Shown here piece by piece: positions 10,390 to 21,500 of a stretch of 64,000 nucleotides of DNA (position 1 is its first letter; every line of letters begins with the position of its first letter). Origin of the DNA: Andalucia godoyi And28 (taxonomy: Eukaryota; Protista; Jakobida). The DNA is taken from NCBI GenBank assembly GCA_009859145.1, contig VRVR01000015.1, forward strand, positions 49,417 through 113,416, written 5' to 3'. The notes under the pieces are model-generated. The model did no database searches. It had not been told where the DNA came from and saw only the letters and a program-made list of their open reading frames with translations. A program made the translations under genes and the position numbers.

Positions 10390-10853
10390 TTGAATGGATA
10401 TTACATGTTAAAAACTAATATCATCTCCAAAACATTCCGAAATGAAACAAAACAAATAAGAAAATCTAAATAAGAAAACACTAAAAAGAAAACGTAAAAA
10501 TTCGAAAGGATGATTAAAGAGAATCAGGAAAAACTCAGGAGAGCGGAGACACGAGTTGTGCTTCTTTTTCTTTTTTCCCCCTTCTTCTCCTTTTCCCCGA
10601 CATCGTCTGTCTGGTGGGTTACTTCCCGCCACTGACGTTTTGGCCAATGACAAGTCATTGCCAAAAAAGACGCTTTTCAAACCAAATTGTCATTCCCTCT
10701 TACCCTGTCTCTCTCTTCCTCTCATCATCATTATTCCAAATGAGCTTGGTTTTTATCTTCCTTTCCCCCTTTCCTTTGGTATTCTTCTTATATTTCTTCA
10801 CTTGGGTTTCCCGGTTTGCTTTTCTCACTACTAAAACTTCTCCTCGAGCATCC

Positions 10854-12584
10854 ATGTCTGCCCCTGCTGCCGCCCCTGCCGCCTCTTCAACTGCGCAGTC
10901 TGGAGACCGTCTTAACGAGAAGGTCAAGGAACGCGATGTCAGAATGTCAAACTTGCTCGCTGCAAAATGTATGTCTTTTAATCGACTTGTTGGAACGCCT
11001 TTTCCGGATTTGATCTAACCTTTTCTTCTTCTTCTTCTTCTTCTTCCTCGTCGTCGTCGTTGTTGTTGATGATGTTTTTTTTGCTCTCATTGTATAGCTC
11101 TTGCCGATGCCGTCCGTACTTCTCTTGGACCGCGTGGAATGGACAAGATGGTTGTGGATTCTAGTGGAGACGTTTTGATCACGAACGACGGAGCGACTGT
11201 GCTTCGCGAGTTGGAGGTCACGCACCCTGCTGCAAAGATGCTTGTGAAGCTCTCGGCTGCTCAAGATGTGGAAGCTGGAGACGGCACTACGTCCGTCGTC
11301 GTTATCTGCGGTGCTTTGCTTTCTGCATGCCAGACCCTTTTGGAAAAGGGTATCCATGCCACAGCGATTTCGGAGGCATTCCAGGTTGCCTGCGACAAGG
11401 CTGAAGAAGTTTTGCACAGTATGGCCGTTCCTCTGCAGCTGTCGGACCGAGAAACGCTTATTCGATGTGCGCGGACATCTCTGCAGTCCAAGATCGTATC
11501 ACAACATGCCGACATGCTTGCGCCAGTGGCTGTCGACGCCGTTTTGAAGATTGCCGCGAACAATAATGCGGATTTGAGAGATATCCGCATCGTCAAGAAG
11601 CTCGGCATGACTCTTGATGACTCGGAACTCATCGACGGCCTTGTATTTGCACAAAAAGCATCGCACTTGGCCAACGGACCCACTCGTATTGAGAATGCAA
11701 AGATCGGACTGATCCAGTTCTGCTTGTCGCCGCCCAAATCCGATATGGACAACACCGTGGTGGTTTCCAACTATGAGCAGATGGATCGCGTTCATGCAGA
11801 AGAGCGCGCGTATTTGCTGAACCTCTGCAAGAGCATCAAGAAAACAGGATGCAACGTCTTGCTTATCCAAAAGTCCATTTTGCGAGACGCCGTTACTCCC
11901 CTCTCCTTGTCCTTCCTTGCACAGATGAAGATCATGGTAATCCGAGATATTGAGCGTGACGACATCGAGTTCATCTCCAAGACTCTGGGATGCAAGCCCG
12001 TCGCCCACGTGGATCTCTTCACTGCCGACAAGCTCGGTTCCGCGAACCTCGTTGAGGAAAGCCCCACTGCTGATGGCAAGATTGTCAAGGTTACGGGGAT
12101 CCCTACTGAACACAAGACCGTGTCGATTCTCTTGCGCGGCACTGCGAAGTTGATCCTTGATGAAGCGGACCGATCACTGCATGACGCTCTTTGCGTTGTT
12201 CGAGCACTTGTCAAGAAGCAGTTCTTGATTGCGGGTGGCGGAGCTCCCGAGTCCGAGGTTGCGTACCAACTGGAGCGTTATGCGAAGACTCTTGGCGGTG
12301 TGAATGCATACTGCGTGCGGGCGTTCGCAGAGGCTTTGGAGGTGATCCCTTATACTCTGGCTGAGAATGCTGGCATGTACCCCGTGGAGGTTGTTGCCGA
12401 GCTGCGTCAGAAGCACGCAGAAGGCGGAAAGAATGTGGGCATCAATGTCCGTAGAGGTGGTGTTTCGTCGATGTTGGATGAAAACGTTGTTCAACCATTG
12501 CTCGTGACGCTGTCGGCGATCCGATTGGCGACTGAGACCGTGCGTATGATCCTCAAGATCGACGATATTGTCCCTGTCCGCTAA
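10854..12584 (+). CDS. CCT4: T-complex protein 1 subunit delta; two exons, 10854-10968 and 11098-12584
   Basis: Splicing gives ...[24 protein letters not shown]; GDGTTSV, LSDRETL and [17 protein letters not shown]...[32 protein letters not shown] are CCT4-specific. Confidence 0.97.
10969..11097 (+). other. 129-nt GT-AG spliceosomal intron (phase 1) in CCT4
   Basis: GTATGT donor, pyrimidine tract, TATAG acceptor; removal restores the conserved reading frame. Confidence 0.93.
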
Positions 12585-12624
12585 ACTCGCCTGCATGGAC
12601 AGGTGGTGCTAATGTCTCTGTTTT

Positions 12625-12627
<3 letters not shown>

Positions 12628-12714
<87 letters not shown>

Positions 12715-12729
12715 TCTCTCTCTCTCTCT
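12628..12729. repeat. Interrupted (CT)n microsatellite 3' of CCT4
   Basis: Direct read. Confidence 0.95.
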
Positions 12730-12961
12730 ATCTTTTTCTGTTGTTGCTGTGTCTTATTACTGCTTCTATGCGTCTGCTGCACCTTTTATACACCTACAGG
12801 ATAAATGCGAAATGACTTTTTCTTCGGTGTTTTCTTGTTTAGAATCCGTTATCCGTCCACGAAAATCTTTACAATCCCATATCTTCTTTCTCCATGTACA
12901 TGTACATTTTTGAGACGTAAATCAGCTGGGGGAATAGGGGAGGGAAATCGCACTTCTGTTT

Positions 12962-14023
12962 CTATTCATCTTCGCCATCATCTTCATCGTCCCTGTAGCG
13001 ACTATTATCACCGTCTTGCTCCTCCATGTCGTCAGAAATCTTGCTCCGACCGCTTTGTCTTTCGTGCGGATCGGGACTCTTAGAGAACAAGGATGGAGAC
13101 CGAGCCGATCGCCCAGAAATCTGTGTGTACCTCCTAGACGTCTCTCTGTTGCACATGTTGACCAACGTTTCCAATTGCTCGGAAGAGGCACATGTCATTG
13201 CCCGAGAGAGATCATCAATCACAACCTCGGGTCTGGCAAACCCGCGGTCTCCTGGGTCATTCCGTGCCTTCACGCCGCCACGTGAGGAAACCATTCGAAG
13301 CCCCGCACCTTGCCTTTCTTCGTCCCAAAAGCACATTATTGCAAATCGGACAATGTCTCCGTCTCGGATCAATGGCCGCGAGCTTCGAAACTCGACGTCG
13401 CAGAGAGACCGCGCATGCTGGATTCCGTTTTGCGCAACCATGTCGAACGCATATCTCGAATAGTCCTTCATCATGCAGAAATGCAGCAAAAATACACGAT
13501 TCGCAGCATCCTCATAAACCAAATCTGCAAAATGGCGGACGCTGCCAAGCCCCAGTTTCGTACACGGAACGTGCATCTGCATCCTCTTCACTCTTTCAAA
13601 CTTCAGAAGACTGCACGCAACACCAAAGCAAATTTCAATAGTGGTCAGCTCGGAAAAGAATGCTTTCTGTCGAAGCAGCGATCGCATCCTTTGGCGGAGG
13701 TTGATGACTGCAGTATAAGGATGTAGACCTCCGTCATCCGCCCATCGCTGGCTGCGCTGTCCATGCATGACAAGCTCAAACTTCTCAGAAACGTCAATCA
13801 GCCCAATCCGAATAAGAAACAAAACCGTCCGTCTCGCTTGCTCCGACGACGCAGGCATAAAATGTCGCCCGTACTCGTCATAAAAAGAAGTAAACAGCAC
13901 CGGAGACGACGAGACCGACGAACCACTCTCCGACGACAATTGCACCTGTGGCACCTGCTGTTGCTGCTGGGGTTGTTGTAGTTGTTGGGGACGCTCCTCA
14001 CTGACATTGATCCCTCCTTCCAT
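12962..14023 (-). CDS. Hypothetical protein, possibly a degenerate PD-(D/E)XK fold
   Basis: 353-codon ATG-initiated ORF with poly-Q N-terminus, globular middle and acidic tail; no firm family match. Confidence 0.65.
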   Translation of the reverse strand: MEGGINVSEERPQQLQQPQQQQQVPQVQLSSESGSSVSSSPVLFTSFYDEYGRHFMPASSEQARRTVLFLIRIGLIDVSEKFELVMHGQRSQRWADDGGLHPYTAVINLRQRMRSLLRQKAFFSELTTIEICFGVACSLLKFERVKRMQMHVPCTKLGLGSVRHFADLVYEDAANRVFLLHFCMMKDYSRYAFDMVAQNGIQHARSLCDVEFRSSRPLIRDGDIVRFAIMCFWDEERQGAGLRMVSSRGGVKARNDPGDRGFARPEVVIDDLSRAMTCASSEQLETLVNMCNRETSRRYTQISGRSARSPSLFSKSPDPHERQSGRSKISDDMEEQDGDNSRYRDDEDDGEDE

Positions 14024-14340
14024 TTCACCGTTTCCGTGCGAAAATCCACCCTAATCCCCTTTCTCTGTCGCGCTTCCTAATCGGACTAAATAATATTTGT
14101 CCTTGCGGGGGCCAGAGGGGCGTTGGTTCGGAAGAGGGAGAGGGGGTCATTCTTCTCCGACTGTACATGGCGCCATGCGCATTGCAGGCTGCATGCATCT
14201 CGATTGACGCTGCATCAGTTGATGCTATCGGAGGAACCAGACGGGTTTGGGAGATGGGCGTGCTGTTCGGGAGAGTAAGCAAGGATCCGTCAAGGAAACG
14301 ACACAACAGGAACAAATTAAGAGAAAAAGCAGGCACACAG

Positions 14341-14361
14341 AAAGAGACAGACAGACACACA

Positions 14362-14415
<54 letters not shown>
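14341..14415. repeat. Compound (AC)n(AG)n microsatellite in a divergent promoter
   Basis: Direct read. Confidence 0.93.
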
Positions 14416-14461
14416 CAACGAGAAAAAGGGAAAGAGGAAAGAGAAACCGCTCTGAGAAGAA

Positions 14462-14902
14462 ATGATTCGATTTGTAATGTTGGTGAACAAACAAGGGCAA
14501 ACGCGGCTTGCGCAGTATACAAAGTACATTAGCATTGATGAAAGAACAGCATTGGAAGCAGAGGTGGTTCGAAAGTGTCTTGGGCGTCGAGATACCGAGT
14601 GCTCGTTTTTTGAGTATCAGGACTACAAGATTGTGTTTCGGCGATATGCAGCTCTGTTCTTCATTGCAGGGATCAGTCATGATGAAAACGAGCTTGGAGC
14701 ACTCGAGTTTATCCATGCGTTTGTCGAGACTTTGGACCGGTACTTTGAGAATGTGTGCGAGCTGGATCTGATGTTCAACATCGAAAAGGCTCATTACATT
14801 CTCGAGGAAATGGTCCAGCATGGCTGGATTGTGGATACCAACAAGTCAAACATCCTCGCACCGGTACACATGCTCGATCAGACCCAGCAGCAGGCAAACT
14901 AA
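14462..14902 (+). CDS. AP4S1: AP-4 adaptor complex subunit sigma
   Basis: MIRFVMLVNKQGQTRL, ECSFFEYQDYKIVFRRYAALFF, ENELGALEFIHAFVETLDRYFENVCELDLMFN; the KQGQTRL and YAALF signatures are sigma-4 type. Confidence 0.92.
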   Translation: MIRFVMLVNKQGQTRLAQYTKYISIDERTALEAEVVRKCLGRRDTECSFFEYQDYKIVFRRYAALFFIAGISHDENELGALEFIHAFVETLDRYFENVCELDLMFNIEKAHYILEEMVQHGWIVDTNKSNILAPVHMLDQTQQQAN

Positions 14903-15147
14903 ACATCGGTGTGCCACTTGATTGCTGTAGCGCACGTTTTAATAATAATTAAAAGAAGAAGCTTCCCGAGGATCTTCCTTTGTTGTCAGTCGAATACATT
15001 ATGATCACTTCATTGTTTTTCGATTACGATGCGATTGTTGATTCAGCGCGTGTCATGATGATGATGATGATGATGATGATGATAGGTTGAATGACACCGA
15101 GGAGATGCGGGGATGCGGCTCGGCAAAATTCTGAGCTGTAAACCCCA

Positions 15148-17037
15148 TTATGGAGGTGGCATAGACGAAGCGTCCACAACGTGCCATTGGAAAACAATGT
15201 TTCCACTCTCGTCGCGAACAGGACCGTTTGAATCTGCAAGGAACTCGTTCGTATGATCCTCGATGACGATGCCCCCACCAAAGGAGTCGGTTGCTTCCGC
15301 CGTGTTGTCAACTATGGTAAACTTGCGATTGAGATTCGGCTGTACCACAGGGACATCGTGGACTTTCGATTCCACAGGACCGCTCGGAACTGAATTCTGC
15401 AAACAAGATGTCCAGTTAGCGTGAAACGATGCGTCCAGAGCATCCGGCGTCGACATCATCTGCTGGCTCCCAGAAACAGTGTTCTTCACATTTGCAACGG
15501 GGTCTCGACAAAACGAAGCATTGGAGTAGAAGGAGTGATGTTGCCCGGGAATCGGATATTCGCAATATCCACTAATCGGGGGCACGACGGCACCAGCGTA
15601 CGACATCTGATGATGACTCGCGGATTTTTCCGGTGCAAGATGTCCAGCGTACTCCATTTCTTCACGAGAGCGGCTTCTCGTCGTTGCAACGTGCGCAGTA
15701 CTCGGAAGATAAGGACAGAGGTGCGATGACGATGATGAGACAGATGGCAAAGAAGAAGACGAGGAAGAAAGAAAAGGAAGAGGAGGAGCAGGGGGAAAAG
15801 GATTATTTCGAGGTTCGACGTGGCCAGGCGGAAAGTGCGATGGCGCATTGAACAAGTTGGCTTCTCCGAGTGCAGAACCAGATCCGCTCCGGGACGAATA
15901 GGCGGGTGCGGCAATCGGCATGGCCCAAGGGTTGTAGTTGACAGAAGATCCATATGCAGAATAGGGAGCACTGAGATGAGTGCTCGCTTGAGACTCCGAG
16001 GCCGACGACAGTGGAGTGTGCACAGATGCCACCTTGGGAGGAACACAGGCAAGCATCATGTTCGACATCGCCGGAGTGGACGTTGATGCATAATAGGCCG
16101 CTGCAGACGCATCCGGAGAGCTGGCGAGGTGCGTACTGCCCTTTCCTGTGCTTCCGTTCGACGCGGAATGACTCATGCTGGACGTTCGCGCTCCAACGAC
16201 AATGGAAATCGGTGGCAGTGGCAGATGTTGCGACGAAGCAGAATGGGAAGACGTTGGGCAGTATTCGGTGGGGCATGACGCAAACCAAGCACGAATCGAG
16301 TTGTCAACCCCGCTCGAGGAACCGGAGCCGCTTGGATTAGACAGACTCACCGCGGACTTTGACAGAGATGGGTCAATGTAATGCGGTCGAAGACTCGGCG
16401 ACTCCGGTATGTAGACAGAGTTCTGTGTTGCTGGAGACCCATCGTCGCTGACGCGATACCGCAGGTTCCAAGCTGGAAGATCTCGACCGTGCAGTGCCGG
16501 ACCGCCATTCGGAAACGACGGGGAAATGCCTGCTGAGTGGTGACGATGGTTGTGACGGCGGTGGTTGTGGGGATGCTGAGGATCAGCATTGATGTTGTCA
16601 CACACAAGAGTCGGGTACTGTGTATGCGAATAATGAGGACGAAAATTCGACGAATTACTCGAATTTTGAAGAAGAAGGTGCTGTTGTTGTTGTTGAGGAA
16701 TCGAGGCATGTGGCTCTGAAAACGAACGGAACTGGGTAATACAATCTGGTCTTGAAAAAGCGGTTCCATGGTGGTCGGAAGCATCGGAGAGCCGTGCGTG
16801 TGAACCGCTGCTGTGGGACAAGGAAGTATGGGAAACTTCGTGCCCGCGTCCCTTGACAGGAGTCCTGCCCGACTCCGCGCTGGACGTCTGGCTGCTGGAC
16901 GAAATAGAAGGAACGGAAGCTCCTCTCTTACGCTTAGGAACAGGAACGGATAAGCTCGTAGGCTCCGACTTCCTCTTCAGCGGTACATCTCTTGTCGCTC
17001 CGGACTGCAAAGGCAGACTGCTCGTCTTTTGAGACAT
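15148..17037 (-). CDS. Low-complexity Ser/Pro/His-rich hypothetical protein with a short ordered C-terminus
   Basis: Long ORF; first plausible ATG at 17037 (MSQKTSS) after the (TGATGT)n repeat; KRK..PKRKR NLS-like motif. Confidence 0.65.
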   Translation of the reverse strand: MSQKTSSLPLQSGATRDVPLKRKSEPTSLSVPVPKRKRGASVPSISSSSQTSSAESGRTPVKGRGHEVSHTSLSHSSGSHARLSDASDHHGTAFSRPDCITQFRSFSEPHASIPQQQQQHLLLQNSSNSSNFRPHYSHTQYPTLVCDNINADPQHPHNHRRHNHRHHSAGISPSFPNGGPALHGRDLPAWNLRYRVSDDGSPATQNSVYIPESPSLRPHYIDPSLSKSAVSLSNPSGSGSSSGVDNSIRAWFASCPTEYCPTSSHSASSQHLPLPPISIVVGARTSSMSHSASNGSTGKGSTHLASSPDASAAAYYASTSTPAMSNMMLACVPPKVASVHTPLSSASESQASTHLSAPYSAYGSSVNYNPWAMPIAAPAYSSRSGSGSALGEANLFNAPSHFPPGHVEPRNNPFPPAPPLPFLSSSSSSLPSVSSSSSHLCPYLPSTAHVATTRSRSREEMEYAGHLAPEKSASHHQMSYAGAVVPPISGYCEYPIPGQHHSFYSNASFCRDPVANVKNTVSGSQQMMSTPDALDASFHANWTSCLQNSVPSGPVESKVHDVPVVQPNLNRKFTIVDNTAEATDSFGGGIVIEDHTNEFLADSNGPVRDESGNIVFQWHVVDASSMPPP

Positions 17038-18444
17038 TCCTTTGATGTTGATGTTGATGTTGATGTTGATGTTGATTTTGTATCGCTCAGAGTGGTAACT
17101 CCCGTTTGGCTGAACTCGCAGAAACAACAACACCCAGATGAATGAAAAAATAGGCTTCCAAAAAACTTGCCAAACAAACAAACAAAAAAAAAGACGCAGC
17201 AAAGCAGTTTATTGGGTCGCGGAAAGAGTTCAACCCAAAACACCCCAGTTTCAACAACAAAAAAATGAAAGGAGGGGAAGGTTTTCATTCGGAAGCGCTC
17301 CAAACAACGAAAAGGCATGAAAACTTCTTGCCAAAAAGTAGAAACGGTGTGCCCGATTGGAGCGATGATGCGTGCAAGCGCTGCGTCCCAGCCAAAGCAG
17401 GCTGCTAGGGCCAGGAAAACCGCCAGATAGCAAACATTCCGCATTTTGCGAAAATCCCAGTACTCGAATAGACGAAAGCGCTTTCGTGCGGCGTCCACAT
17501 TCTGTGACTCTGCCTGCACGTTCGAAGTCGGTGCCTTGACGCAAATTTGGCCAAGCATCACATTTCCATTCTTCTGGGAAACGGGCGGGGGTGAATGGAC
17601 ATGCGTACGGAGAGAGGCGAGGCACACATCGCAGCAGACTTTGCTCTTCTTTGGAAACTTCCGAACACCCTATCAAGCAACACCGTGCTAGCGGGTACAA
17701 ATCATCCAAACTGGGTAAGTATGAGACTTCGTCTCGTCGTTCGCTCACGCTTCGCAGCTCGAACTGCGCCTTACCAGTTTAAGGCATCCTCGATCTGCTT
17801 CTGCTGCTACCAGCCCGGAGGAGCCCGCTTCGCCTCCCGGGACCGTTCTTCGAATCCTCGGCTGCTCATACCGCGAACTTCCTTTGTTTTTTGTCGCCGG
17901 CTATCCTACGATGCCGTGGGAGCCTGCCGTCCGTTTTTTTTTTCCTTGACAGATTCCGCAGCGGTAATCGTCATACACAAACAGATGGGCCGTGGGAGCA
18001 AACGGCACTGACGTGCCTGCACAGTGCCTGCGGGCTCGGGTTGCCAAGCAGCCAGAACCCAGGTCCATCAAACCTTTTCAGGGCACGGCGGCGTCAAGCG
18101 ACAGAAGCACCTCGGAAGCCAGAAACAAGAAAAAGAAAAAAAAGAAAAGGATGTTTCGTTGCTCCGCAAGCTGTTGTTCTTCTACCAAAACATCCATCCA
18201 TTTTAAAAAATAATGAGAAGTAACAAATAGTAGTTTTCAGGAAATAGCTTCAGACTTCTGCATGCACAAACCTCTTCACTGGCAGAAACATTAAAAACAA
18301 CTCTGTTTGTGGCCGCACGATCATAGTGTCCATAGTATCAATACCAGTATTTTATACATATTTAATTCATTTTTCAAAAAAAGAAAATATTCTTGTTTCA
18401 TTCTCTTTCTCTGTGACGAACTGCGTTCCCAACTGCTGGTTGAA

Positions 18445-18516
18445 ATCATAGTATCATAGTATCATAGTATCACAGTATCACAGTATCACAGTATCATTGT
18501 ATCATAGTATCATTGC
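18445..18516 (+). repeat. Nine tandem octamers ATCA(T/C)(A/T)GT ending 3 nt before the ATG of the 2209-aa gene
   Basis: atcatagt x3, atcacagt x3, atcattgt, atcatagt, atcattgc, then gaaATG. Confidence 0.92.
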
Positions 18517-18519
18517 GAA

Positions 18520-21500
18520 ATGGAGTCTCCCGGTCGCAATTCTGAAAGCCGGCCGTGGAAAGTTCTGCCGTCTCCTGAATCAACTCGGTCAATGCAGGGT
18601 GCATACACGATGCCCCATCCACCTGTTCTCGCGGCCAGCAACCCTCAGGCGCTTTCTAAAATGGGTGAGCCGCCAAAGAACCCCCTTTTCAAGTCGAAGT
18701 TCTCTGCAGCAGAACAGTTGTCCATGCTTCGACGGCCACCCCCGCCTCCAAGTACCATGCGAGATCCTAATGGCTTTCCAGAAGGGACGAACGTGTTCAG
18801 CGAGTCGCGGAATATAAGCCGATTGCTGAACGAAGATCGTCGGAGAAACAAGTTGATGTTTTGGATCATGGGAATCCACGTCGTTCTCTTTTGGGCTGTC
18901 GTTGGATTGCTTGTCTACAACACCTTGATGTTGCAGAGCCTTGCAAGGGAGTCTAACTGGGACGTTTCCAAGATGACTGCCAAACAAGTTACCACGAGTA
19001 ACTTGCAAGTTTCATCCAGTGGTCCGCAATCCGTGTCTGTGGAGTCCACGAACAACGCAGCGTCGTTATCTGTCATGTCCAGCGTTGGCGCAGCGTCCCT
19101 GGTGCTGGACGGAGCTGATTCGCCGATCTCTCTTCTCTCGCGGAATGGTGAGCTTGTGATGGAAGCAGGCAATCAGCCCGCCATGAAGATCGCTGGTTCC
19201 GGAAGCAGCTTCAACGGTAGTGTCTCGACGTCGTCTCTCAAGGCAAACACCATTGACTTGTCTGCAGGCGCTGCATCGATCCTGTCGTTTACCACTTCAC
19301 CGAGTCTTTCCCCGGATGGCAGAATCGTGACGATGGCCAGCGATGTGCAAACCAATTCGATGTCATTTGCTCCGTCCACAGGGCTGTCGATTGCAAAGGG
19401 AGCTTCCGAATTGCTGCTCATCAAGGATAATGTGCTGTTGAATTCCATCCGCGGCGGATTCGTGCAAGTGAACGACGTGCTTTTTGTAAATCAGACCGTG
19501 CAACTCTCTGGCCTCGTGGTTTCGAGTCGCGGTATCTCGGTAAGAAATGGGAGCCTCGATGTCTCGACTGCTTCTGGAGATGTGTCCATTTCTGCGGGGC
19601 ATGGAATCATTGTTGCGCAAAGCGACGTTCTTCTGCAGACAGGACGCGGACTGTATGTGTCTGATGTGTTCTCACCGTCGTCTCAAAACCTCACTTTGCA
19701 TTCCAGCACTGGATCGCTGACTTTGAATGTCTCCAGCGTGTTCATTGGTCCTGCTGAAGAGGCGACTGTGGCGCTTGCCGGTTCTCTGAGAATTGTTGCT
19801 GGCTCGGGGGCCGCTGGCACGTCTGCCATTGGTCATGGATCCGGCGGTAGTGGTGTGAAGGGAGGAGACGTCTCGATTCAAGCGGGTGCAGGTGGTGCAG
19901 GAGGGTCCTCGGGGGGATTCAGTGGTGCTGGTGGAAATGCAGGCTCTGGTGGAAATGTGCTCCTGGTTCATGGAACTGGAGGCAGCGCTGCGGCTGTAGA
20001 CATTCTTCAAACGTCTGTTGCAGGTGCTGATGGAGAGGTTATCGTATCTGCCTCCTGTCTCGTTTCAGGTGCCCACTGCGGCCCCACCGCTGCTTCCCGA
20101 ATGAGAATATCATCCCCATCACCCGTACTGTCTCTTGGAGATAAAGACGCATCGTTCGGATTTCGTGCGAACTCGTCCTCCGCCTCTAGTTCTCTTCATT
20201 TGTTTTCCGATGCATATGGTGGCGATGTCGTCAAGGTGGGGTCCTCTGCTTGGAGAGATCCATTTGACACTCGCGCGACTGTGAACATTGAGCAGGGGGT
20301 CTTGCGAATTCGCCAGGAGAACGTCGGTTATGTCGCCGCGGTTGTGTCCCCTCTCTCTACCACAGTATCACTCATCTCGCAAGTCAACAGCACCGCGGTT
20401 TCTTTCAACAATCATTTCTTTGTCGTGTCCGATAGCGCATCATTGCATCTGTTTTCATCGAGTGACACGGCAAAGAGGCTTGAGCTTCGCGCATCGGCAC
20501 CTGCGATTCTGGCAAGAGGCCTTCCGTTTTCCTTCGTCGACAACACGGTAGGCATGCAGCAAGTGATCATCACGTCAGAAAGAGTGCATGCTGCAAATGG
20601 ATCGACCATCCAAGTCGGAAGCGGAGTCGTTTCCTTTTCAGACGGGCTTGTTCTTCGTTCTCGCGAGTCAGCAATTCAATTCAAAGACTCTGCAAGCGTC
20701 ATTTCCATCAATGCCACCTCCTACTTGTCCGTCGATTCTCCGGAACCGACGAGATTCCTGGCAGGCATTGCGCTGTGCACGGCCTCTCCAGCTGCTGATC
20801 CGACGTGCGCAAATTCCATTCTTCTGAATGGAACTTCTGCGTCGATTTCCTCGGCTTCGCTGGCTCTCGATTTTTCGACGTCCACCGTGACCACGGACAA
20901 GTTGTATGGCCGAAATAGCTTGTTTCTTAGTTCGACGACCGGGGTGTTCGTGGATTCGACAAGACCGCTTTCCGGCGTAACACTCCCTGCGGCCGGTGGC
21001 TTGCTTTCAGACTTGCAAATCTTCTTTTTCAATTCCACTGTTCTGAGCCGAAATTCGTCAATCTACTTGAAGCCTGCGGATGCGCTGGTAGTCACTGGAT
21101 CTCAGCTTGTGAAAGTTGGCTCGCTGATGTTGTCTGGACAGACGAGTGTGTTGTCTGGCCCAGGAATGGTGCTTGACTATTCCGCCAACGCATTGGGCTC
21201 GACTTCCGGCCAGGGACTTGTGGTGTTCTCTCACAGTTCTCTGAAGATACTGGCTAGTTCGTCGAGCCTTATTTTGTCAGCCTCCGCATCCAGCCGCTTG
21301 CTCCTGCAGGACGGTGCTCGAATTGTGGATGGATCGACAATGGTGTTGAATTTTTCGGCGGCCTCCTTGCAGTCTCTGGGCATTCTCTATATGAACCCGC
21401 TTTCGGAAGTAGTAGTGCAAGGCACGTCAGGATCCACGACTGTAACGCTTGGAGACCGCAGCGTTTCTGAAAACATCCGCATGACGCCTACGTCCGTGAC

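Noticed and set aside
17520-17722. U1 snRNA on the minus strand (begins ATACTTACC)
   Set aside because: The next bases are CAG rather than TGG, and the U1-70K loop (GATCACGAAG) and U1A loop (ATTGCAC) are absent. It is better explained as the reverse complement of a strong 5' splice site.
17840-17870. tRNA-like TTCGAATCC motif
   Set aside because: No pairing T-stem, acceptor stem or D-arm around it
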